Source: the human T2T-CHM13v2.0 reference genome, Homo sapiens. Taken from it: 64,000 nucleotides of DNA. A model generated the notes under the pieces. The model ran no database searches, was not told the origin of the DNA, and saw only the letters and a program-made list of their open reading frames with translations. A program made the position numbers and the translations under genes. Numbering within the stretch: the stretch's first letter is position 1; each line of letters opens with the position of its first letter. The stretch lies in assembly GCF_009914755.1 (NCBI RefSeq), contig NC_060944.1. The stretch is one strand, 5' to 3'. Shown one piece after another: positions 53,216 through 64,000 of this stretch.

Positions 53216-53859
53216 TTCTCTCTTTAGTCATAATTATCCTATGAAGCAGGTATTATTATTATTTTCACTTAGATGGGGAAATAGCAATACTGACAGGCTA
53301 AGGTAACTTGCCTAATGAATTATTGGTTGAGATTGGATTAAAGCATACTGAGAACCTCAGTCTTCTAGGGGCTCTAGACTTCTTGATATTAGAAAGAGTT
53401 CTAATTTTTTTGCTCAGGACCAAATGGGAACCTGTGTCCTAGTTGTGTGAATCAGGATAGGGTAGGTTATGCTGCTGTACAAATCAATCCTCAAAGCTGG
53501 TGTTTGAACAAGATGAAAGTTTATTTCTTGCTTCTGAAATGTCTGATGGAGCCTCTGGGTGCTCTCCTTCCTCTGGTGATTCAGCCATTCAGGCTCTCTG
53601 AGATACCTGCATCTCAACACATGATTATTTGACATCCCTGCAGCAGGGAAAGAAAGAAAGAGGGCCCTAGAAGGTATACCAGCTCTTACCTACATGGGCT
53701 AGAAGTGATGCAGTTTATATCTGCTCACATTCCATTGTGATAGGAACCCAATATCTGGATTCAGGGTTGGGGGAAAGAGGAGCCACCACTTAATTCCCAA
53801 GAGTCACTGCTTCACATCTTCATTAATAGAAATTTATTTTACTGATGGATATCATTGGT

Positions 53860-54332
53860 TTTCTACCCAACAGCCTTTCTTTGATTCTTCTCTGCTAAGA
53901 GAATCTTGATTCTGCTCCAGAAGAAATGTGCCCCGCTTCAGTCCTCTTACCTTTTGATAGTGATTGGTCTAGAAGTCGACATGTGACTCAGCTTTGGTGA
54001 ATAGAGGAAAGGGATGTCCGCTGGGGCTTCTGGGAAACTTTACTTCCTAATAAGATAGAGCAGCCATTTAGTTGCAAGTCTCCTTCCTTCCTGCTTTGTG
54101 CATTAACTTGCAAAGATGTTGAGGCAGCCATCTTGATATCCTGAGAGCAGACATGAGGATGAGTGGAAAGAGCCCCAGGAGTGCTTTGATGACTCTTGAA
54201 GACATTGTTGAGTTACCCCTCCCCCAACATATATCTGAACTTCTTAAGTAAACAATACACATTCTTATGGTTTAAGCAGTTTTTAGTGACGTTTTCTGTT
54301 ACTTGCAGCTGAAAACATTCCCAACTGGTACA
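53860..54332 (+). mobile_element. MLT1 (J/K-like) LTR
   Basis: GATTGGTCTAG...CATGTGACTCA; TTTCTGTTACTTGCAGCTGAAAACATTCC end. Confidence 0.7.
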
Positions 54333-55189
54333 ATGCTGTGCCCTTTGCTCGATGCTGGGGAATGGAGCTGAATTGTGTATATCTCCTGCCCTCAAGGAGC
54401 TCACAGTCCAGTGGAGAAGCACCTCATGGGAGCAATATTTGGGCTTGAATGAAATGTGCTGATAGTGTTGAGCCGGGAAGAAGTAGTGGTGTGGAAGGGT
54501 CGGGTGCCTGGTGAGTGGTCCCACACGTCCTTCTGTCCTGTCATTCTTAGTCCCACAGGACTCTCAGGACATGAGCCTTGATTGCCAGGAAGTGGGCAGC
54601 TTTCTGTCTTTGAAGGCAGGGGCTCACTTTTCAGAGAAGCGTTCCTGTTACACCAGGGCTACAAATTAACACATTATTTTAGGCCATTTCTGGACCATAA
54701 TTTTATCCTCCCCTTAGCGATTTACTGCATGCAAATTTTCCACTCTATGCAAATCACTCACTTTACGGAAATCATCTATCATATGTTCCCAAGCCCTAGC
54801 ACCTGCACCAGGAAGAATTGGATGATTCAGTCCTTGGAGCATTAAAGTGCAAACACTTAACTCAAAGAATCTCTTGGGGGATAGTTGAGCGTTGGATGCC
54901 AAGATCAGCAGCCTCTGCAGATAGCCTGCTTAGCTTACAGGGTGTGCTGAACTCTGCTGCCTCCCCTCACCCCTCTTCCCTAGCTACTTACAAGCCCCTT
55001 CCAGGTGGTAATGACTATTTGGAGTAAATATTTTGATGTGACAGAATGATTAAGTCCAGACTGGCTCGGCAAAGAACCTTAAGGCAATTAGGTTTCCCAA
55101 TCAGTGTAGGTGGGTACATCTGTGTGCCTGGCTGAGCTCAGACAGGTGCTGTAAGAAGCTTGTTTCTCTAATAGGCTTCCTCGGGGAAG

Positions 55190-55360
55190 CAGTGGCTGCT
55201 TAACCTTGGATACACATTGGAATCACCTGAGGAGCTTTAAAAACTATCCAGGCCCGGTCTCGCTCTCCCATATTCTGATTCAATTGATGTGGCAACTCAG
55301 GTGTGGGGAGTTTAAAATAATCTTGCCAGGTGATTCAAAGGTGTAGGCAAGGTTGAGATG
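55190..55360. mobile_element. MER5A hAT DNA transposon
   Basis: CAGTGG...TTGGAATCACCTGAGGAGCTT...CAGGTGATTC...GGTTGAGA. Confidence 0.75.
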
Positions 55361-55565
55361 CACGGGCCTGGACAGGAAGGCGGAGGTCTCTGCATGGCTC
55401 TGGCTCTGCCGATGACCCTCTGCATGACACTGGGCAAATCCAGATACTCTGCCCTCTCTGGGCCTCTACTGTAGAGCTGTCCAGCACTGGGTCTTCCCTG
55501 CAGCGTCACAACCAGAGTCAACACTTGGCATGGGTGCTGGGTGAGTGCTTGATTAATTAAACTAA

Positions 55566-55892
<327 letters not shown>

Positions 55893-55904
55893 TAGTAGTA
55901 GGTT

Positions 55905-57312
<1,408 letters not shown>

Positions 57313-58919
57313 ACATTTTTTAGGTATATAAGGCACATTTCCACATATTGTCTCCTAATTCTCGCCACAATGCTGCAAGGCAGGCAATCTGATTCTCAGA
57401 CTATGGATGGGCGAACTGGAGCAAGACGTGGCTGTCATGCCACATAGGAAAGGATTGGGTTTGTTTATTGCACATCTCCAGTGGCCAGACAGCACGATCT
57501 TAATAGATGTTTTTCCCTTGAGTGAATGAATAAATGAGAGTGAAGGATTTGCCCAAGGTTGCCCAGTGGGGTCTAGAAGGTTGGTAGCCTTTCTCTGTGC
57601 ACAGAACTTGTATTTAGCTCTGAGAAAACAGCATCATCTCTGCAACTTCTTCCAGAATGGGAGCCACAGCACCTGCAGTTGCTTTGGGTGTGATCAGGGG
57701 TGGGGTGGGACCTGCCATTCAAAGCAGCCTTGAGGCCGAATCTCACAGGTTGATACTGTTGAATAGTTCAACTGAAAACCGAGGGAACAGAAGCCTGGCT
57801 GTGCTCAGATGGACTCTGGTCAGAACATGGCGAGGGGGCTTTATTATTCTGAACCCCAGAATAGGTGAGTGATGGCCAGTCAGGACTGAAACCCAAGCTC
57901 CTAACTCCCAGCTCAGACCTTGGTCTCCTCACCTTCTTTGACTGCTGATGCCCTTCTGAGCCTCCAAGAACTGTGAGATGCAAGCAGGTTGTGGTGTGTG
58001 TGTTGCTCTGCAAACCATAACCTCCTGAGCAGGCAGGGGAGTTGTTATGATACCTTAGGTTTGGGTATTTGTGACCACACGATTGAGCTATGATTCAAGA
58101 AACAAAAGGAAATCTTCACACAGAAAAACTTTCCCAGGACACTGCTGACAACTGAGTCCCTCTTCTGCTCTCCCTACGCCAGCTGGTGGCCCCAGCATAC
58201 AGCCTTATATTATTGGCCTCTTCTGTGGGCACCATGCAGTAAAGAATCTAGAAACTTCTCTGTACAACTTCTAATTTAATCCCTTCAACCCCTATGGGAG
58301 TTAGCATTGGTCTAATTTTATTGACAATGAAACTCTGGCTCAGGAAAGAAAAGGAGCTCGCCCAAAGTCTCCCAGCTAGAGAGTAGCAAAGATGCCTCTG
58401 GAAGCCAGGATTCCTGTGTCCAGCTGTACAGCTGTACAGTCAGTCCTAGGACACTATTTATTTTTCCTAGGACTTTACATGCTGTTACAGCCAACTCACT
58501 CCTGGTCCCAAATTGGGGACCCTGTGTAGTCTTCCCTATCAAACAAATAGCTGGTTTCTCAGGCTATTTCTCCGACCCTCAGCAGGCAGAAGAGCTGGGG
58601 CTCTCCCTCCCATCCCCAGGGCCGTGTAGGAGGCACAGCACCACCCGAGGGGCCCAGCCAAGTAGACAAGAAGAAACTTCACAACCCATGCTTGACAACA
58701 GGAGAGCCACCTGCCAGAGGAAGGGGCCTTGGCACCTAGTGGTCTTGTTATTGGGTGGGGCCGCTGAGTGGTAGAAATTAACAAACAGCAATTGAGGATG
58801 GGTTTGGAAACTCACAAACCAGAGAGTTCCAATCCAGGCTCTGCTGTTTTGTGTGACCCTAGAGCACCATTGTTGGGCTTCTGAGGCTGTGCTGCAAGCA
58901 GATGTGGCCAGGCTAGGGC

Positions 58920-60232
58920 CCCAGGAGAAGCCATCAGACAGGGAGCCTCAGATTGGACTGGCCCTGTCCCACAGGCAAGACTGCCCTGCTTTGTCCAGGT
59001 TGGACACCAAAGGCCAAAGTTACCTAGAGGAGCATGAGAGTTTTGTGAGGATGGGTGTCCCAGGCTGTGTTCCACACAGCTGTTCTGGCACCAAACCCTC
59101 TGGGGTCTGCACAGGCTGGAATCCTGCCCCTGCTACCGTGTCCAGAATTGGTTCCTTCCGGTGGGTTCTTGATCGCCCTGACATTAAGAATGAAGCCACG
59201 GCCCCTCGTGGTGAGTGTTACAGTTCTTAAAGATGGTGTGTCCGGAGTTTGTTCCTTCAGATGTTCAAATGTGTCTGGAGAGTATTCCTTCTGGTGAGAT
59301 CGTGGTCTTGCATGACTTCAGGAGTGAAGCCGCAGACCTTCACAGTGAGTGTTACAGCTCTTAAAGGTGGCACTTCTGGAGTGTGTTCCTCCTGGTGGGT
59401 TCGTGGTCTCACTGACTTCAGAAGTGAAGCTGCAGACCTTCACAGTGAGTGTCCTGGCTCATAAAGGTAGTGTGGACCCAGAGTGAGCAGCAGCAAGATT
59501 TATTGTGAAGAGCGAAAGAACAAAGCTTCCACAGTGTGGAAGAGGACCCCAGCAGGTTGTTGCTGCTGGCTCCTGTGGCCAGCTTTTATTCCCTTATTTG
59601 ACCCCACCCACATCCTGCTGATTGGTCCATTTTACAGAGTGTTGATTGGTGCGTTTTTACACAGTGCTGATTGGTCCATTTACAATCCTTTAGCTAGACA
59701 CAGAGCGCTGATTGGTGCGTTTTTACAGAGTACTGATTGGTGCGTTTATAAACCTTTACACATAGAGTGCTGATTGGTGCGTTTTTACAGAGTGCTGATT
59801 GGTGCATTTACAATCCTCTAGCTAGACAGAAAAGTTCTCCAAGTCCCTGCTGGGCCCAGGAAGTCCAGCTGGCTTGACCTCTCACTACCTCTCCAAACAA
59901 GTCTCCTGCCAGCTCCAGTGTCTGTGCAGGTTGTGGGATCTCCTGAAGCTGGGATCCCTGAGCTATGTGGCAAGAGCATGCCATTCCTCACCTGTTCAAC
60001 TCATTCCTTTCCCAGGATCTACTGGGGACCAGGAGTGAGTCCTGATGCTTGGCAACCCTGTGCAGTTTTTCCAGCTTCCTCCCCATTTAGCCGAGGTTCT
60101 GCAACCTCCTTCTGTCCACTCTGAATGCTTCCCCTCTGGAGACTTGCTTGGAGTGTGCCAGTGTTCCCCATGTCCTGGTCTCTTGGTGGGAGATGTTGTT
60201 CCTGGCTGTGTCTAGTTGGCCATGTTGGCTCA
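58920..60232 (-). mobile_element. L1PB-type 5' UTR fragment, split by LTR12
   Basis: Reverse reads GAGCCAACATGGCCAACTAGACACAGCCAGGAA. Confidence 0.65.
59137..59884 (-). mobile_element. LTR12 (HERV9) solo LTR
   Basis: GAGTGAAGCCGCAGACCTTC U5 repeats; GCTGATTGG repeats; ends CCTCTCA; TSD CTAC (59133-59136, 59885-59888). Confidence 0.93.
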
Positions 60233-60235
60233 CCT

Positions 60236-60723
60236 GAATATTGACTTTGGACTTTTGAGTTGATGCTGGAATAAATTAAGACTTTGAGGACTATTGGGAT
60301 AGAATAAATATATTTTGCATGTGAGGACGACATGAATTTTGGAGGCTAGGGGCAGAATGCTATGGTTTGATTGTGTCCTCCAAAGTTTATGTTTTGGAAA
60401 CTGAATCCTCAATGCAGCAGTGTTGGGAGGGGGGCGCCTAATGAGAGGTGATTAGATCATAAGGGCCCTGCCCTCATGAATGTATTAATACCATTATAGT
60501 GGACATGGGTTCCTGATAAAGGATGAGTTTGGCCCCCTTCCCCTCTTACTCTCTCACTCTTGACCTCTCTTGCCCTTCTGCTTCCCATAAGATGACACAG
60601 CACAAGGGCCCTTGGCAGATGCCAGCAACTTGATATTGAACTTTTCAGCCTCCAGATCTGTGAGAAGTAAATTTATTTTCTTTATAAATTACCCAGTCTG
60701 TGGTATTCTGCTACAGCAACACA
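60236..60723 (+). mobile_element. MST internal 3' end plus MST LTR (60358-60723)
   Basis: GGGGCAGAA-TGCTATGGTTTG junction; TTTATAAATTACCCAGTCTGTGGTATTC. Confidence 0.82.
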
Positions 60724-62877
60724 AAATAGTTTGTCACCAAATAGTAAACGGGACACAAAGGACATAATCACAAAGAAGTCAAAATGGGGACATTATTGAT
60801 TTAATTCTTTAGTGTTAAAAAATCAAGCTTTTAAAAGAGCCTTTCAATCAAGCATATTGTGCAGTTCCAAAAACCCCCGCAGGGTGAGCACAGCGCCTGC
60901 TGTTCCATTCCGCATTACAGATCTGCCGTCTGCTCGTGTGTTCCTAGGACAGTGTTGCATGAGGAGCTCAGTAAATCCCTAGGTGGGCATCAGAACACCC
61001 CCAATGGGCCCCACAATTCTTTCTTATTTGGAGTGTGGCACGTGAGCTCTTTGCGACTGTTCCTGTACCCCAGTCACCAACAAAGGCCTTCACGTGGCTG
61101 ATCTAAAACATATTGGATCAAGGATGAATGGAAGGTCCTGGAGCCAGAGGGGAATTTTCCTTGTCTTCCAGAATGACTGGGGTTGCTGGACTTCCTGAGC
61201 CCAGGGACTGACTGGCAGGGTTTGCTGACAGTTGGCATGCTCTATGAAGAGTAGAAAGGATAATTCCTCTAAGCCAGCCTGTGTTGGGGCTGTATAGAGA
61301 ACAGCTGCTCTCAATCCATGCCTCTTATGGGGTACCTTCAGCCTGTAGTCCTCTGACTGATCCTCTGATCTTGTTTTAGGTGCCCTCTGTCCCCTACATT
61401 CTCATTTTGGCTCCACATCCAGTTCCCATCCCAAACCTCAGTTACTCACTTTGATGCTTGGCTTGATCTCACCCAGCTTTTCTCCAGGATATGACTTCTA
61501 GCCTCTGTACTGGCTACATATACCACTTCTACCAGAAGCTCCCTCCTCCCCAGCACATAGGATCCAGGAGTCAGGACCTCTTTAGCTAGGGAAGCTAGTT
61601 GGTTTTGACTTAGGTCCTGATTCTAGCATTTATTATTTATGTGCACATAGGCCTGCTACTTTGTCTTCCTGAGTTTCAGTGAAAGGAGGGGAAGGCCATC
61701 CCTGATGGTCACATATGGACACTGTTGAGTAAGAGCCAGAGTCCCAGACCTCAGACCCCAAAGCCAACACAGGCTCCAGTTCCCTTGATGAAGATATTTC
61801 TTTCCATCTCAATTGGGAATGTCTTTCTCTTCCACCCCATTTCTTTTTCAGGTAAGGATGGGCCATTTTCAGAGCTGGCTTTCAGTAATGATGACCTTTC
61901 TAGCTGTGTGACCTTAGGCAAGTCTCATGTTTACTGTCTATATTTCAGTTTCGTCATCTATAATATGAGAAATACAAAGGAACCTATCTCAGGCTGTGTA
62001 AGGTAATACACTCACAGGTTCTGGGGATTAGGATGTAGATATCTTCAAGGAAGTCATGATTCTGTCTACTTCAAGGCCTATCTGAGCTTGCTAAGTTATG
62101 TGGTTCCTTAAGGCCTGTGGCCTTCTTTCATTCTCCATGTCTCTGCCATTCTCTCCCATCAGCTGGGTGCCTGACAGTTGACTTGTCTCAACAAATCTTA
62201 CTTGTATCTGCTTGAGTGGATAGAGGTCCTTTGGTATCCGGCATCTTCCCAAATGGCCCAGGTGCCAGGATGGCAGATCTTTAAATGATATTCTTTATGG
62301 GCCCAGAAAACATATGTATTCCTCTGATTAGATTTGGAGGCCAGCCCCTGTCCCTTCTGAGCTTTGCTTTCTCTGCTAGAAGTGGCTTTCATTTTAGATG
62401 CTTACCAGAGGCTTTCGCATTGTCAGATAACTGGGAATCACTATTTGGATGTCATGGTGTACATGTGCAGTTAGGAACCGGTACAACCATTTGCCCCTGT
62501 GAAAGCAGCAGCCCCAGGATAAAGCCAACATACAGAGCTGGGCACAACCTAGGGGATATGGAGAAATGGAGCTTGCGCCCTAGATCAAGCTGATCTTGAA
62601 GCCCACATTACCTTCCTTTTACATGAGCCAGTACATTTTTCTTATTAGTTAGGCCAACTTGAGTTGTGTATGCAGCTGTTATGTATAGCTGAAAGCATTA
62701 CAAATGATAAAATGTGAAGGAGCTTGTATATTTCCTCATGGCTTCACCATGTGAAGATTGGGGATTCACGACATGTATTTATCTCCTCCCCCTCCTGAGA
62801 CCTAACTATAGAAATGAAAAAGGAAGAAAGTCATGATGATGCAGAGAATGGGAAAAGATCATTAGTGAGTAAGATAG

Positions 62878-63490
62878 TTTTTTTTTTTTTTTTAATTATA
62901 CTTTAAGTTCTAGGGTATGTGTGCACAATGTGTAGGTTTGTTACATAGGTATACATGTGCCACGTTGGTTTACTGCACCCATTAACTCATCATTTACATT
63001 AGGTATTTCTCCTAATGCTATCCCTCCCCCTGTCCCCAATCCCATGACAGGCCCCAGGGTGTGATCTTCCCTGCCCTGTGTCCAAGTGTTCTCATTGTTC
63101 AATTCCCACCTATGAATGAGAACATGTGGTATTTGGTTTTCTGTCCTTGTGATAGTTTGCTCAGAATAATGGTTTCCAGCTGCATCCATGTCCCTACAAA
63201 GGATATGAACTCATCTTTTTTATGGCTGCATAGTATTCCGTGGTGTATATGTGCCACATTTTCTTAATCCAGTCTCTCATTGATGGACATTTGGGTTGGT
63301 TCCAAGTCTTTGCTATCGTGAATAGTGCCGTAATAAACATACATGTGCATGTGTCTTTATAGCAGCATGATTTATAATCCTTTGGGTATACACCCAGTAA
63401 TGGGATCCCTGGGTCAAATGATATTTCTTAGTTCTAGATCCTTGAGGAATCGCCACACTGTCTTCCACAATGGTTGAACTAGCTTACACT
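62878..63490 (-). mobile_element. 5'-truncated L1PA 3' end
   Basis: Poly(T), ATTATACTTTAAGTTCTAGGG 3' UTR; TSD TAGTGA(G/A)TA(A/T)GATA. Confidence 0.94.
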
Positions 63491-64000
63491 CTAGTGAATA
63501 TGATATTTCAAGAAAGTTCTGGAAGAAGTAAAGGACATGGCAGATGGCACCTGAAGAAGTCACTGCTTAAGTGCATAAGTTCTGAAGACACCAGGTACAG
63601 TAGTGTAAGATGGAGATGCAAGGCTGAAAATGGGCATTGTGTGTGTGTGTGTATGTGTGTGGCATACACACACAAATATATACACATATATACACATTCT
63701 TTCCCCCTAATTCAGAAAAATCAAGCAAAGAAATAGAGGGTTCTTGTAAAATTGACTGGTCTCAGTGAAGTGTCCCAAATGTCTGGCATCTGGGGTAGGC
63801 AGACTTATGCATTGAACACAGTGCCTAGAGCCCCAATTCACTCAGGGCTTCCCAAAATGTTTTAATTATTTTAAACTCAGAAAAAATGAGTATAATAATA
63901 ATGAATATGTAATAATAAAATTGACCTGGAGTATTTCATCTTTATACCAACTCAGTCATAAAATATAATTTAAAATAATATTTTTCTCAAGGAAGGAGTA

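Noticed and set aside
59270-59810. Regularly spaced repeats resembling a CRISPR array
   Set aside because: Internal U3/U5 tandem repeats of LTR12; no unique spacers; eukaryotic DNA

Overview
Catarrhine primate (human-like) non-coding DNA, mostly transposable elements: about 30 Alus, L1s of several ages, L2/MIR, MaLR/ERVL/ERV1 LTRs and Tigger/MER DNA elements. I found no credible host protein-coding exon; nearly all listed ORFs are Alu-, L1-, ERV- or microsatellite-derived or chance frames. Main landmarks: (1) a tail-less full-length Alu fused to a 5'-truncated L1PA inside one TSD pair (12.7-15.6 kb), apparently a template-switch chimera at a site already used once; (2) a U6 snRNA retropseudogene (16.8 kb); (3) an env-less class I ERV provirus with both LTRs, a tRNA-Arg PBS and decayed gag-pro-pol (17.6-23.8 kb), whose RNase H segment is inverted next to a truncated Alu; (4) a CpG-rich housekeeping-type promoter with no identifiable gene (24.5-25.5 kb); (5) a canonical CTCF motif (29.76 kb); (6) a ~320-bp pure-purine tract (39.2 kb); (7) a solo LTR12 (59.1-59.9 kb); (8) a recursive-splice-site-like motif (61.85 kb). 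Repeat subfamily names come from recalled consensus sequences, not a database search. Boundaries of old elements are approximate. I see unusual retrotransposition products and regulatory candidates, but nothing that establishes a new biological system.
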